The translations under genes were made by a program, and so were the position numbers. A model generated the notes under the pieces. The model was not told where the DNA came from. It worked only from the letters and a program-made list of their open reading frames with translations, and made no database searches. Below are positions 29,248-40,825 of a DNA stretch of 64,000 nt, in pieces. This DNA comes from Escherichia coli. GTDB taxonomy: Bacteria > Pseudomonadota > Gammaproteobacteria > Enterobacterales > Enterobacteriaceae. The stretch is from assembly GCF_003334815.1 (NCBI RefSeq), contig NZ_QOWO01000018.1. One strand, given 5' to 3'. Numbering within the stretch: the stretch's first letter is position 1; each line of letters begins with the position of its first letter.

Positions 29248-29715
29248 ATGAAGAAAATCGTGGTGGCGGGCGTGGTCAGCGCCGTTCTGGCGTTGGTGGT
29301 GGGGGCCGGAGCTGGATGGGGTGTCTGGCATCATTATGCCGGAAAAGGAAAACCGACTGCCGCCGCGCAGACGGAAACGGTGGAAACCCTGGATGAAAGC
29401 AAAAGCGTGTTTGTGACGTTGCCGGAAACCATTGTCACGCTGCATGACAACAACGGCGCGGACCATTATTTGTCGGCGGAATTAGTGATGGTGGTCGCCA
29501 GTGACAAAGAAGCGGAAAAAATAAAACATCAGGAGCCGCTGTATCAAAGTATTGCGGTTGAATGCCTGACGGAAATGAAATTTGAAGATTTGCGTGGCAT
29601 GAAAATATCCGCCATCCGCAAACTCATTTCTGACGCGTTAAAGAAAGATCTTCAGCGTCGCAAAATGAGCGCACCGTATAAGGATTTGCTGGTGAAAAAA
29701 GTGGTCTTCCAGTAA
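29248..29715 (+). CDS. lafF: Flagellar basal-body-associated protein FliL homolog
   Basis: 155 aa, single N-terminal TM helix, FliL-like; precedes fliA. Confidence 0.6.
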   Translation: MKKIVVAGVVSAVLALVVGAGAGWGVWHHYAGKGKPTAAAQTETVETLDESKSVFVTLPETIVTLHDNNGADHYLSAELVMVVASDKEAEKIKHQEPLYQSIAVECLTEMKFEDLRGMKISAIRKLISDALKKDLQRRKMSAPYKDLLVKKVVFQ

Positions 29716-29734
29716 TCACCAGGCGGATATAAAT

Positions 29735-30451
29735 ATGCTACAGGATGTATTCGAGTCGGAAGAATTTGCTGCCGCGCCGGTATTAACCCCGCAGCAGGAG
29801 AGCCACTACTTGCAGGCCTATTTACCGTTGGTGCGTAAAGTGGTGCGGCAACTTGCCCCGCAGTGTAATTGCATTATTGATCGTCAGGATATGGAACAAA
29901 CGGCGTTAATGGGGCTGCTTAATGCCATCCGTCGCTACGGGCTGCCGGACGAAGGTTTTGCGGGCTATGCCGTGCACCGTATTCGCGGCGCGATCCTGGA
30001 TGAGCTGCGCGCTCTCGACTGGCGACCGCGCCAGCTGCGACAGAAATATCATCAGATGAAAGATCTGATTCGCGAAACGCGCAAAAAACTGGGGCACGAA
30101 CCGGAGTGGTCAGAACTGGCCGTGGAAGGGATCTCGCATGAAGATTATCTCGAATATCAGCAACTGGAAGGGGCGGAAACGCTCGCCAGCCTGGACGAAC
30201 TGCTGAACGGCGAAGGGCCTGGCATTCTGCTTGCTGGCAGGGAGCTGGAAGATCAGTTTGTCACCCAGCAAATGCTGCAACAGGCGCTTTCACAATTAAG
30301 CGAAAAAGAGCAACTGATCCTCTCCATGTATTACCAGCATGAGATGAATCTCAAAGAGATTGCGCTGGTATTAGGGCTAACCGAGGCCCGAATTTGTCAA
30401 CTGAATAAACAGATCGCGCAGAAAATTCGTGATTTTGTCTATCCGAATTAA
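29735..30451 (+). CDS. lafS: Flagellar sigma factor sigma-28 (FliA family)
   Basis: 238 aa; sigma-70 family regions 2 and 4 (YLPLVRKVVRQ..., LSEKEQLILSMYYQHEMNLKEIALVLGLTEARICQL). Confidence 0.85.
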   Translation: MLQDVFESEEFAAAPVLTPQQESHYLQAYLPLVRKVVRQLAPQCNCIIDRQDMEQTALMGLLNAIRRYGLPDEGFAGYAVHRIRGAILDELRALDWRPRQLRQKYHQMKDLIRETRKKLGHEPEWSELAVEGISHEDYLEYQQLEGAETLASLDELLNGEGPGILLAGRELEDQFVTQQMLQQALSQLSEKEQLILSMYYQHEMNLKEIALVLGLTEARICQLNKQIAQKIRDFVYPN

Positions 30452-30463
30452 AGTGAAGAAATC

Positions 30464-31327
30464 ATGCAAAAAATATTAGGTTTACTGGTGGTGCTCGGCT
30501 GCGTATTTGGCGGTTATTTTGAAGCGGGCGGGCAATTAGTGGCTATCTGGCAACCGGCGGAAATGATCATTATTTTGGGTGCCGGTTTCGGGGCGATGAT
30601 TATTGGTAACCCGAAACATGTGCTGAAAGAGATTGCCCATCAAATTAAAGGCGTAATCAGTAAAAAACAGCTCGGGCCGGAGTTTCAGCGCCAGCTATTA
30701 ATGTGCCTGTATGAGTTACTCGAAATGGTGCAAAACGGTGGTCTGCGCATGCTGGATCAACATATTGAGCAACCGGAAGAGAGCACCATTTTCCAGAAAT
30801 ACCCGCTGGTGTTAACCCAGAAGCGGCTGGTGACCTTTATTGCCGATAACTTTCGCCTGATGGCGATGGGTAAAATCGACGCCCATGAACTGGAAGGCAT
30901 TCTCGATCAGGAACTGGACACCGCGGAAGAGTCGCTGCTAACGCCGTCGCGCTCGCTGCAACGTACCGCCGAAGCGATGCCGGGGTTTGGCATTTGTGCG
31001 GCGGTGTTGGGCATCATCATCACCATGCAGTCGATTGACGGCTCTATCGCCCTGATTGGCCTGAAAGTGGCGGCAGCGCTGGTGGGGACATTTTTAGGCG
31101 TCTTTATCTGCTACTGCCTGATGGACCCACTCGCCAACGCCATGGAACAACAGGCGCGGGCAGAACATTCTTTGCTGGAATGCGTGCGTACCGTGCTGGA
31201 GGCGCAGGCAGGCGGCAAACCGACGCTGCTGGCGGTGGACGCCGGGCGTAAGCTACTGCATCTGGCGTCCAAACCGACCTTCGCCAACCTCGACGCGTGG
31301 GTGAATGCGATGCTGGAGCAAGAATAA
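30464..31327 (+). CDS. lafT: Flagellar stator protein MotA homolog
   Basis: 287 aa, four TM helices, MotA/TolQ/ExbB family. Confidence 0.85.
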   Translation: MQKILGLLVVLGCVFGGYFEAGGQLVAIWQPAEMIIILGAGFGAMIIGNPKHVLKEIAHQIKGVISKKQLGPEFQRQLLMCLYELLEMVQNGGLRMLDQHIEQPEESTIFQKYPLVLTQKRLVTFIADNFRLMAMGKIDAHELEGILDQELDTAEESLLTPSRSLQRTAEAMPGFGICAAVLGIIITMQSIDGSIALIGLKVAAALVGTFLGVFICYCLMDPLANAMEQQARAEHSLLECVRTVLEAQAGGKPTLLAVDAGRKLLHLASKPTFANLDAWVNAMLEQE

Positions 31328-31329
31328 GC

Positions 31330-32253
31330 ATGAGAAAGACGGGTAACCGCCGCGATCGTGGGGCAAAAACCACCATCGTCCGGCGGCAGATCAAAAAGAA
31401 TCATGCCGGGCACCACGGCGGGGCGTGGAAGGTGGCGTTCGCCGACTTTACTTTGGCAATGATGGCGCTGTTTATGACGCTGTGGATTGTCAACAGCGTC
31501 AGTAAATCCGAGCGTGAAAGCATTATCGCCGCGCTGCACGGGCAGTCGATTTTTAACGGTGGTGGGCTGTCGCCGTTAAATAAAATCAGCCCGTCTCATC
31601 CGCCAAAACCTGCCACCGTGGCGGTGCCGGAAGAGACGGAGAAAAAAGCGCGTGATGTGAATGAGAAAACGGCGCTGCTGAAGAAGAAATCCGCCACCGA
31701 GCTTGGTGAGCTGGCAACCAGTATCAACACCATTGCCCGTGATGCGCATATGGAAGCGAATCTGGAGATGGAGATTGTTCCCCAGGGATTACGCGTGCTG
31801 ATTAAAGACGACCAGAACCGCAATATGTTTGAACGCGGCAGCGCGAAGATTATGCCGTTCTTTAAAACGCTGCTGGTGGAGCTCGCGCCAGTGTTCGACT
31901 CGCTCGATAATAAAATTATTATTACCGGGCATACCGATGCGATGGCCTACAAAAACAATATCTACAACAACTGGAACCTTTCGGGTGACCGCGCGCTTTC
32001 GGCTCGTCGGGTGCTGGAAGAGGCCGGAATGCCGGAAGATAAAGTGATGCAGGTAAGCGCAATGGCGGACCAGATGCTGCTGGATTCCAAAAATCCGCAA
32101 AGCGCGGGCAACCGGCGCATTGAGATTATGGTGCTGACCAAAAGTGCGTCCGATACGCTGTATCAATACTTTGGTCAGCATGGGGATAAAGTGGTGCAGC
32201 CGCTGGTGCAAAAGCTGGATAAGCAGCAGGTGCTTTCGCAGCGAACGCGTTAA
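31330..32253 (+). CDS. lafU: Flagellar stator protein MotB homolog with OmpA-like peptidoglycan-binding domain
   Basis: 307 aa from ATG 31330; TM helix WKVAFADFTLAMMALFMTLW with conserved Asp; C-terminal NLSGDRALSARRVL...GNRRIEI OmpA-like motif. Confidence 0.85.
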   Translation: MRKTGNRRDRGAKTTIVRRQIKKNHAGHHGGAWKVAFADFTLAMMALFMTLWIVNSVSKSERESIIAALHGQSIFNGGGLSPLNKISPSHPPKPATVAVPEETEKKARDVNEKTALLKKKSATELGELATSINTIARDAHMEANLEMEIVPQGLRVLIKDDQNRNMFERGSAKIMPFFKTLLVELAPVFDSLDNKIIITGHTDAMAYKNNIYNNWNLSGDRALSARRVLEEAGMPEDKVMQVSAMADQMLLDSKNPQSAGNRRIEIMVLTKSASDTLYQYFGQHGDKVVQPLVQKLDKQQVLSQRTR

Positions 32254-32291
32254 ATGCTGAATCTTTACGCATTTCTCAAACCCTGAAATCA

Positions 32292-32307
32292 CTGTATACT
32301 TTACCAG
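32292..32307 (+). promoter_or_regulatory. LexA (SOS) box CTGTATACTTTACCAG upstream of dinB
   Basis: CTG-N10-CAG palindrome 17 nt upstream of the dinB ATG. Confidence 0.7.
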
Positions 32308-32323
32308 TGTTGAGAGGTGAGCA

Positions 32324-33379
32324 ATGCGTAAAATCATTCATGTGGATATGGACTGCTTTTTCGCCGCAGTGGAGATGCGCGACAATCCCGCCCTGCGCGA
32401 TATCCCTATTGCTATTGGCGGCAGCCGCGAACGTCGGGGGGTGATCAGCACCGCCAATTATCCCGCGCGTAAATTTGGCGTACGTAGCGCTATGCCGACA
32501 GGGATGGCGCTCAAATTATGCCCACATCTCACCTTGCTTCCGGGGCGCTTTGACGCCTACAAAGAAGCCTCAAATCATATCCGTGAAATCTTCTCGCGCT
32601 ACACCTCGCGCATTGAACCGTTGTCACTGGATGAGGCTTATCTCGATGTCACCGATAGCGTCCATTGCCACGGTTCTGCGACCCTCATCGCCCAGGAAAT
32701 CCGCCAGACAATCTTCAACGAGCTGCAACTGACGGCGTCTGCGGGCGTGGCACCAGTAAAGTTTCTCGCCAAAATCGCCTCCGACATGAATAAACCCAAC
32801 GGCCAGTTTGTGATTACGCCGGCAGAAGTTCCGGCATTTTTACAAACCTTACCGCTGGCAAAAATCCCCGGCGTCGGCAAAGTCTCAGCGGCAAAACTGG
32901 AAGCGATGGGGCTGCGGACCTGCGGTGATGTACAAAAGTGTGATCTGGTGATGCTGCTTAAACGCTTTGGCAAATTTGGCCGCATTTTGTGGGAGCGTAG
33001 TCAGGGGATTGACGAACGCGATGTTAACAGCGAACGGTTGCGAAAATCCGTCGGCGTGGAACGCACGATGGCGGAAGATATTCATCACTGGTCTGAATGT
33101 GAAGCGATTATCGAGCGGCTGTATCCGGAACTTGAACGCCGTCTGGCAAAGGTAAAACCTGATTTACTGATTGCTCGCCAGGGGGTGAAATTAAAGTTCG
33201 ACGATTTTCAGCAAACCACCCAGGAGCACGTCTGGCCGCGGCTGAATAAAGCTGATCTAATCGCCACCGCGCGTAAAACCTGGGATGAACGCCGCGGCGG
33301 GCGCGGTGTGCGTCTGGTGGGGCTGCATGTGACGTTGCTTGACCCGCAAATGGAAAGACAACTGGTGCTGGGATTATGA
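32324..33379 (+). CDS. dinB: DNA polymerase IV (Y-family translesion polymerase)
   Basis: 351 aa; [33 protein letters not shown] hallmark N-terminus. Confidence 0.95.
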
Positions 33380-33430
33380 TGTATACTATTATGTATATTC
33401 TGGTGTGCATTATTATGAGGGTATCACTGT

Positions 33431-33724
33431 ATGCATCGAATTCTCGCTGAAAAATCGGTCAATATCACTGAGTTACGTAAAAACCCAGCTAAATACTTTA
33501 TTGATCAACCGGTTGCGGTTCTTTCTAATAATCGCCCCGCAGGATATCTCTTAAGTGCCAGCGCATTCGAAGCGTTAATGGACATGCTTGCTGAACAAGA
33601 GGAGAAAAAGCCCATAAAGGCGCGCTTCCGTCCAAGTGCTGCAAGATTAGAGGAAATTACACGCCGCGCTGAACAATATCTTAATGATATGACGGATGAT
33701 GATTTCAATGACTTTAAGGAATAA
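33431..33724 (+). CDS. yafN: Antitoxin YafN (Phd/YefM-like)
   Basis: 97 aa, matches recalled YafN; immediately upstream of yafO. Confidence 0.9.
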   Translation: MHRILAEKSVNITELRKNPAKYFIDQPVAVLSNNRPAGYLLSASAFEALMDMLAEQEEKKPIKARFRPSAARLEEITRRAEQYLNDMTDDDFNDFKE

Positions 33725-33726
33725 GG

Positions 33727-34125
33727 ATGCGGGTATTCAAAACAAAACTTATTCGCCTGCAACTTACAGCAGAGGAACTTGATGCGTTAACGGCGGATTT
33801 TATTTCCTATAAGCGTGACGGTGTTTTGCCAGATATATTTGGTCGCGATGCACTCTACGACGACTCCTTTACCTGGCCATTAATCAAATTTGAGCGAGTT
33901 GCTCATATTCATCTGGCAAATGAGAATAATCCATTTCCGCCACAGTTGCGCCAATTCAGCAGAACGAATGACGAAGCGCATTTGGTATATTGTCAGGGGG
34001 CGTTTGATGAGCAAGCATGGTTGCTCATTGCCATTCTGAAACCTGAACCTCATAAACTGGCTCGAGATAACAACCAAATGCATAAAATTGGGAAAATGGC
34101 AGAAGCGTTTCGCATGCGTTTTTGA
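33727..34125 (+). CDS. yafO: Toxin YafO (ribosome-dependent mRNA interferase)
   Basis: 132 aa, conserved dinB-yafN-yafO-yafP operon context. Confidence 0.85.
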   Translation: MRVFKTKLIRLQLTAEELDALTADFISYKRDGVLPDIFGRDALYDDSFTWPLIKFERVAHIHLANENNPFPPQLRQFSRTNDEAHLVYCQGAFDEQAWLLIAILKPEPHKLARDNNQMHKIGKMAEAFRMRF

Positions 34126-34134
34126 ATTTATATT

Positions 34135-34587
34135 ATGAATAACATACAAATAAGAAACTATCAGCCTGGCGATTTTCAGCAACTATGCGCTATTTTCATT
34201 AGAGCGGTTACGATGACCGCCAGTCAGCATTATTCACCACAACAAATTTCCGCCTGGGCGCAGATTGACGAATCTCGCTGGAAGGAGAAACTCGCGAAAT
34301 CACAAGTGTGGGTTGCGATCATTAATGCACAACCGGTTGGTTTTATTTCCCGCATTGAACATTATATCGATATGTTATTTGTTGACCCTGAATACACCCG
34401 CCGTGGGGTTGCCAGCGCTTTGTTAAAACCTTTGATTAAGTCTGAATCCGAACTTACGGTGGACGCAAGCATAACCGCAAAACCCTTTTTTGAACGTTAT
34501 GGTTTTCAGACAGTTAAGCAGCAGCGCGTTGAATGCCGGGGAGCGTGGTTTACTAATTTTTATATGCGATATAAACCGCAACATTAA
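34135..34587 (+). CDS. yafP: GNAT-family N-acetyltransferase YafP
   Basis: 150 aa; acetyl-CoA binding motif region ...RRGVASALLKPL... Confidence 0.85.
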   Translation: MNNIQIRNYQPGDFQQLCAIFIRAVTMTASQHYSPQQISAWAQIDESRWKEKLAKSQVWVAIINAQPVGFISRIEHYIDMLFVDPEYTRRGVASALLKPLIKSESELTVDASITAKPFFERYGFQTVKQQRVECRGAWFTNFYMRYKPQH

Positions 34588-34777
34588 ATCCAGCTTGCAA
34601 TGAAAATAACGCCCGCCTGGTATGTGCGCGTTTTCTGATTCCACAAACTGCAAGGAGGTAAATCATGACAAATCCTTTATCAATGACTCTTTGCAGACCT
34701 TTCCAGGATTAATTCTTTTTTTCTTGCCCTGGATTCGTCTGCCATTTCCTGATTTTTATATTTATATACTCTAAATA

Positions 34778-34892
34778 ATTCGAGTTGCAGGAAGGCGACA
34801 AGCGAGTGAATCGCCAGGAGCTTACATAAGTAAGTGACTGGGGTGAACGAACGCAGTCGCAGTACATGCAACTTGAAGTATGACGAGTATAA
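34778..34892. repeat. ERIC/IRU element
   Basis: Contains gtgaatcgccaggagcttacataagtaagtgactggggtgaacgaacgcagtcgcagtacatgcaacttgaagtatgacgagtat, matching the ERIC core. Confidence 0.65.
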
Positions 34893-35159
34893 ATGGAATG
34901 GTACATGGGCAAATATATTCGTCCCTTATCCGATGCGGTATTTACCATCGCATCTGATGACCTGTGGATCGAGAGTTTAGCGATCCAACAATTACACACC
35001 ACGGCAAATTTACCCAACATGCAGCGCGTAGTGGGGATGCCAGATTTACACCCCGGACGCGGCTACCCGATTGGCGCAGCGTTCTTCTCTGTTGGTCGTT
35101 TTTACCCGGCAAGACGTCGCGGTAACGGTGCTGGAAACAGAAACGGGCCGCTACTCTGA
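34893..35159 (+). pseudogene. ykfJ: rtcB-like RNA ligase remnant (N-terminal fragment, ykfJ-like)
   Basis: 88-codon ORF with [18 protein letters not shown] (RtcB metal-site motif), then loss of frame; overlaps prfH. Confidence 0.55.
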
Positions 35160-35628
35160 CACACTGCGTTCGGCGCTGGTTTCTCTCGATGGCGATAACG
35201 CATGGGCATTAAGCGAAAGCTGGTGTGGCACTATTCAGTGGATTTGTCCGAGTCCGTATCGGCCTCATCATGGGCGCAAAAACTGGTTTCTGGGCATTGG
35301 GCGTTTTACCGCTGATGAGCAGGAACAATCGGATGCAATCCGTTATGAGACGCTGCGTTCGTCGGGGCCGGGCGGTCAACATGTCAATAAAACCGACTCG
35401 GCGGTACGCGCCACGCATTTGGCATCCGGTATTAGCGTGAAGGTTCAGTCAGAGCGTAGTCAGCATGCTAACAAGCGGCTGGCACGATTGCTGATTGCCT
35501 GGAAGCTGGAGCAACAGCAACAGGAAAATAGCGCGGCGCTGAAATCGCAGCGGCGAATGTTCCATCACCAGATTGAACGTGGCAACCCGCGACGGACATT
35601 TACAGGGATGGCTTTTATCGAAGGATAA
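35071..35628 (+). pseudogene. prfH: Peptide chain release factor homolog RF-H, N-terminally truncated (TTG start in ORF track)
   Basis: GGQ motif [11 protein letters not shown]; begins at a TTG inside the rtcB remnant. Confidence 0.65.
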
Positions 35629-35640
35629 TGAAGGATGAAA

Positions 35641-35672
35641 CTGCCGGAAGGCGATTAAACGCCATCCGGCAG
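35641..35672. terminator. Hairpin between convergent prfH and pepD (probable bidirectional terminator)
   Basis: ctgccggaaggcg-attaaa-cgccatccggcag, 13-bp stem with one mismatch. Confidence 0.45.
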
Positions 35673-35684
35673 CAAATCAAATAA

Positions 35685-37142
35685 TTACTTCGCCGGAATT
35701 TCTTTCAGCAGTTCAGTCAGCAGTGTCCAGTAATGACCTACGCTTTCGATGTGAACTTGCTCATCCGGAGAGTGTGGACCGGTGATAGTTGGCCCGATAG
35801 AAACCATGTCCATTTCCGGATACGGTTTTTTGAACAGACCACATTCCAGGCCCGCGTGGATAATCTGGATGTTCGGCGTCTTGTTGAACAGGCGCTGATA
35901 GGTTTCACGTACCAGATGCATCACCGGAGAATTAGCGTCCGGCTGCCAGCCAGGATATGCGCCTTTCGCTTCGGTTTTCGCGCCAGCCAGTTTACCCAGC
36001 GAATCCAGCATGCTCACCACGTAGTCTTTACCGCTGTCGATCAGTGAACGGATCAGGCAGTGAATTTCTACGTTATTGTCAGTCATGGTCACCACACCGA
36101 CGTTCAGGGAGGTTTCAACCACACCTTTGGCTACATCGGAGTTACGAATCACACCGTTCGGGGTGGCGTTCAGCAGACGAATAAAGGTATCGCGAGATTT
36201 CGCAATCAGGGCAGCTTTATCGTTCGCTACAGAGTCCAGCAACAAGGCCAGATTTTTCTCTTTTTCTGCCAGCTCGTTTTTCAGGATCTCCTGATAGGTA
36301 TTCACCAGAGATTTCAGGACGTCGACTTTATCAGCTGCGACAGCAATGGTCGCAAAGGCTTCACGCGGGATGGCGTTACGCAGTGTGCCGCCGTTGAAAT
36401 CGATAAGGCGCAGATCCAGTTCTTCCGCATGACCCGCCAGGAAGCGCACCAGCAGTTTGTTGGCATTACCCAGCCCAACGTGGATTTCCCCGCCGGAGTG
36501 ACCGCCTTTCAGACCTTTTAAGGTTAACTTGAAGGTTTCAAAACCAGCTGGAACCGCTTCACGATCTAAATGCAGGTTGGAGGTGAAGTCGATACCCCCC
36601 GCACAACCCATGTAGATTTCACCTTCTTCTTCGGAGTCGGTGTTAATCAGAATATCAGCCTGCAACCAGTTGCCCTGTAAGCCGAACGCACCGTCCATAC
36701 CGGCTTCTTCGGTCATGGTCAGCAGCACTTCCAGCGGGCCGTGAACCACGTTTTCGTCAGCCAGAACCGCCAGCGCAGAGGCCATACCAATGCCGTTATC
36801 CGCACCCAGCGTGGTGCCGCGCGCTTTAACCCATTCGCCATCAATATAAGGCTGGATAGGATCTTTCGTGAAGTCATGCACGGTGTCGTTATTTTTCTGC
36901 GGCACCATATCGAGGTGGGCCTGTAAGACGACCGGTTTACGATTTTCCATACCTGCGGTAGCAGGTTTACGAATCAGGATATTACCTACCTGATCGCGTT
37001 CGACATGGAAACCTTTCTCTTTTGCCCAACCAACAATGTATTCAGCGAGTTGCTCTTCATGATAGGACGGGTGAGGAATAGAACAGATTTTGGCAAAAAT
37101 ATCCCACAGCGGCTGTGGAGATAATTGAGACAGTTCAGACAC
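35685..37142 (-). CDS. pepD: Cytosol non-specific dipeptidase (aminoacyl-histidine dipeptidase)
   Basis: 485 aa; matches recalled PepD N-terminus MSELSQLSPQPLWDIFAKICSIPHPSYHEE. Confidence 0.95.
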   Translation of the reverse strand: MSELSQLSPQPLWDIFAKICSIPHPSYHEEQLAEYIVGWAKEKGFHVERDQVGNILIRKPATAGMENRKPVVLQAHLDMVPQKNNDTVHDFTKDPIQPYIDGEWVKARGTTLGADNGIGMASALAVLADENVVHGPLEVLLTMTEEAGMDGAFGLQGNWLQADILINTDSEEEGEIYMGCAGGIDFTSNLHLDREAVPAGFETFKLTLKGLKGGHSGGEIHVGLGNANKLLVRFLAGHAEELDLRLIDFNGGTLRNAIPREAFATIAVAADKVDVLKSLVNTYQEILKNELAEKEKNLALLLDSVANDKAALIAKSRDTFIRLLNATPNGVIRNSDVAKGVVETSLNVGVVTMTDNNVEIHCLIRSLIDSGKDYVVSMLDSLGKLAGAKTEAKGAYPGWQPDANSPVMHLVRETYQRLFNKTPNIQIIHAGLECGLFKKPYPEMDMVSIGPTITGPHSPDEQVHIESVGHYWTLLTELLKEIPAK

Positions 37143-37402
37143 GTTAAGTCTCCTTGTCGATCACCCGCAAAACAGTATTGCAGGTCACAGGGTTAGCAGA
37201 AAATGTTGTCAACACAAGACAGGCTTGCGAGATATGTTTGAGAATACCACTTTATCCCGCGTCAGGGAGAGGCAGTGCGTAAAAAGACGCGGACTCATGT
37301 GAAATACTGGTTTTTAGTGCGCCAGATCTCTATAATCTCGCGCAACCTATTTTCCCCTCGAACACTTTTTAAGCCGTAGATAAACAGGCTGGGACACTTC
37401 AC

Positions 37403-37861
37403 ATGAGCGAAAAATACATCGTCACCTGGGACATGTTGCAGATCCATGCACGTAAACTCGCAAGCCGACTGATGCCTTCTGAACAATGGAAAGGCATTAT
37501 TGCCGTAAGCCGTGGCGGTCTGGTACCGGGTGCGTTACTGGCGCGTGAACTGGGTATTCGTCATGTCGATACCGTTTGTATTTCCAGCTACGATCACGAC
37601 AACCAGCGCGAGCTTAAAGTGCTGAAACGCGCAGAAGGCGATGGCGAAGGCTTCATCGTTATTGATGACCTGGTGGATACCGGTGGTACTGCGGTTGCGA
37701 TTCGTGAAATGTATCCAAAAGCGCACTTTGTCACCATCTTCGCAAAACCGGCTGGTCGTCCGCTGGTTGATGACTATGTTGTTGATATCCCGCAAGATAC
37801 CTGGATTGAACAGCCGTGGGATATGGGCGTCGTATTCGTCCCGCCAATCTCCGGTCGCTAA
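37403..37861 (+). CDS. gpt: Xanthine-guanine phosphoribosyltransferase
   Basis: 152 aa; [20 protein letters not shown]..., PRPP-binding [11 protein letters not shown]. Confidence 0.95.
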
Positions 37862-37952
37862 TCTTTTCAACGCCTGGCACTGCCGGGCGTTGTTCTTTTT
37901 AACTTCAGGCGGGTTACAATAGTTTCCAGTAAGTATTCTGGAGGCTGCATCC

Positions 37953-39197
37953 ATGACACAGGCAAACCTGAGCGAAACCCTGTTCAAACCCCGCTTTAAA
38001 CATCCTGAAACCTCGACGCTAGTCCGCCGCTTTAATCACGGCGCACAACCGCCTGTGCAGTCGGCCCTTGATGGTAAAACCATCCCTCACTGGTATCGCA
38101 TGATTAACCGTCTGATGTGGATCTGGCGCGGCATTGACCCACGCGAAATCCTCGACGTCCAGGCACGTATTGTGATGAGCGATGCCGAACGTACCGACGA
38201 TGATTTATACGATACGGTGATTGGCTACCGTGGCGGCAACTGGATTTATGAGTGGGCCACCCAGGCGATGGTGTGGCAACAAAAAGCCTGTGCGGAAGAC
38301 GATCCGCAACTCAGTGGTCGTCACTGGCTGCATGCGGCTACGTTGTACAACATTGCCGCCTATCCTCATCTGAAAGGAGATGACCTGGCCGAGCAAGCGC
38401 AGGCTTTGTCAAACCGCGCCTATGAAGAGGCCGCTCAGCGTCTACCGGGCACGATGCGGCAGATGGAGTTTACCGTACCCGGCGGTGCGCCCATCACCGG
38501 CTTTTTGCATATGCCGAAAGGCGATGGCCCGTTCCCGACGGTATTAATGTGTGGTGGTCTGGATGCGATGCAGACGGACTATTACAGCCTGTATGAACGT
38601 TATTTTGCGCCGCGCGGCATTGCGATGCTGACTATTGATATGCCGTCGGTGGGCTTTTCTTCAAAATGGAAGCTCACCCAGGACTCCAGCCTGTTGCATC
38701 AGCACGTCTTAAAGGCGCTGCCTAACGTACCGTGGGTGGATCACACTCGCGTCGCGGCCTTTGGTTTCCGTTTCGGCGCTAACGTTGCCGTGCGTCTGGC
38801 ATACCTTGAATCGCCGCGTCTGAAAGCGGTTGCCTGTCTTGGTCCGGTAGTTCATACCCTGTTGAGTGATTTTAAGTGCCAGCAACAGGTGCCGGAAATG
38901 TATCTTGACGTTCTGGCCAGTCGTTTGGGGATGCATGATGCTTCCGATGAAGCGTTGCGCGTGGAGCTGAATCGCTATTCATTAAAAGTGCAAGGATTGC
39001 TGGGACGTCGCTGCCCAACGCCAATGTTATCAGGCTACTGGAAGAACGATCCGTTCAGCCCGGAAGAGGACTCACGCTTAATCACCTCATCATCTGCTGA
39101 CGGTAAATTATTAGAGATCCCATTTAACCCGGTGTATCGGAATTTTGACAAAGGTCTTCAGGAAATCACCGACTGGATCGAAAAACGCTTGTGTTAA
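37953..39197 (+). CDS. frsA: Esterase FrsA (fermentation/respiration switch protein)
   Basis: 414 aa alpha/beta hydrolase; conserved gpt-frsA-crl context. Confidence 0.9.
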
Positions 39198-39656
<459 letters not shown>

Positions 39657-39665
39657 GTGAAATGT

Positions 39666-39686
39666 GCCGGATGCATCACATCCGGC
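39666..39686. terminator. Hairpin between convergent crl and phoE
   Basis: gccggatg-catca-catccggc, 8-bp perfect stem. Confidence 0.4.
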
Positions 39687-39694
39687 AATATTCA

Positions 39695-40750
39695 TTAAAA
39701 CTGATACGTCATGCCAACCGCGACAATATCATCATTATTAATATTCAATTTGTTATCGCTATCCAGTTGGTTGATTTTATAATCAACAAACGCTGACATA
39801 TTTTTGTTGAAATAATACGTAGCACCGACGTCGATATAATTGACCAGATCTTCATCACCGATACCTTCAATATCTTTCCCTTTCGATAAGACATAACCCA
39901 GCGATGGACGCAGACCAAAGTCAAACTGGTATTGAGCGACCGCTTCAAAGTTCTGTGTCTTATTGGCAAAGCCGCCAGTTATTGGCGTCATTTTGCGTGT
40001 TTCAGAATAGAAAGTTGCCAGATAAATATTATTGGCATCGTATTTCAGACCTGTTGCCCATGCTTCTGCACGCTTGCCTGTGCCACGGCTTTGCAGGTTC
40101 TGCTCGTTGGTGCGATCTGAGTTGGTATAGGCCCCACTAATGGCGAAATCGCTGCCGCCAAAGTCATATGTCAATGACGTGCCGAAGCCATCGCCGTTTT
40201 GCTTTTTAACGTCGCGGTTTTCGTTTTTCCCTTGATATTGCAGGGTTAAGTTCAGGCCATCGATAACGCCGAAGAAGTCGGTGTTCCGATACGTCGCCAG
40301 ACCGCTGGCGCGTTTGGTCATAAAGTTGTCGGTCTGCGCCGAGGAATCGCCACCAAATTCCGGGAACATATCGGTCCAGGCTTCCACGTCATACAACGCC
40401 CCCAGGTTACGACCATAATCGAAAGAACCCAAATCTTTATATTTCAACCCGGCAAAAGCGAGACGCGTTTTTTGCTGTGCAGTATCACTCTCTGCTTTAT
40501 TACCGGCAAACTCTGCTTCCCAACGACCATAACCAGTCAGTTGATCGTTAATTTGTGTTTCGCCTTTAAAACCAAAACGGATATAACTCTGGTCGCCATC
40601 TTTACTGGCGTTATCACTCATATAATGCATGGCTTTAACTTTGCCATAGACATCCAGTTTATTACCGTCTTTATTATATATTTCTGCAGCCTGTACAGAT
40701 GCAGATGCCACAATGCCCATCACCACTAATGCCAGAGTGCTCTTTTTCAT
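39695..40750 (-). CDS. phoE: Outer membrane phosphoporin PhoE
   Basis: 351 aa from [21 protein letters not shown] signal peptide; porin C-terminal ...YQF. Confidence 0.95.
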   Translation of the reverse strand: MKKSTLALVVMGIVASASVQAAEIYNKDGNKLDVYGKVKAMHYMSDNASKDGDQSYIRFGFKGETQINDQLTGYGRWEAEFAGNKAESDTAQQKTRLAFAGLKYKDLGSFDYGRNLGALYDVEAWTDMFPEFGGDSSAQTDNFMTKRASGLATYRNTDFFGVIDGLNLTLQYQGKNENRDVKKQNGDGFGTSLTYDFGGSDFAISGAYTNSDRTNEQNLQSRGTGKRAEAWATGLKYDANNIYLATFYSETRKMTPITGGFANKTQNFEAVAQYQFDFGLRPSLGYVLSKGKDIEGIGDEDLVNYIDVGATYYFNKNMSAFVDYKINQLDSDNKLNINNDDIVAVGMTYQF

Positions 40751-40825
40751 TTTCATTCCTGATTTTAATTAACGCGCGAATATTCAGCGGGAGAGTCCCG
40801 TTGAAAACAGGAAAGTTTTTAACCT

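Noticed and set aside
34680-35020. Two minus-strand ORFs (63 and 103 aa) between yafP and the rtcB remnant
   Set aside because: They run through the ERIC repeat and intergenic DNA, with no RBS or conserved motif.
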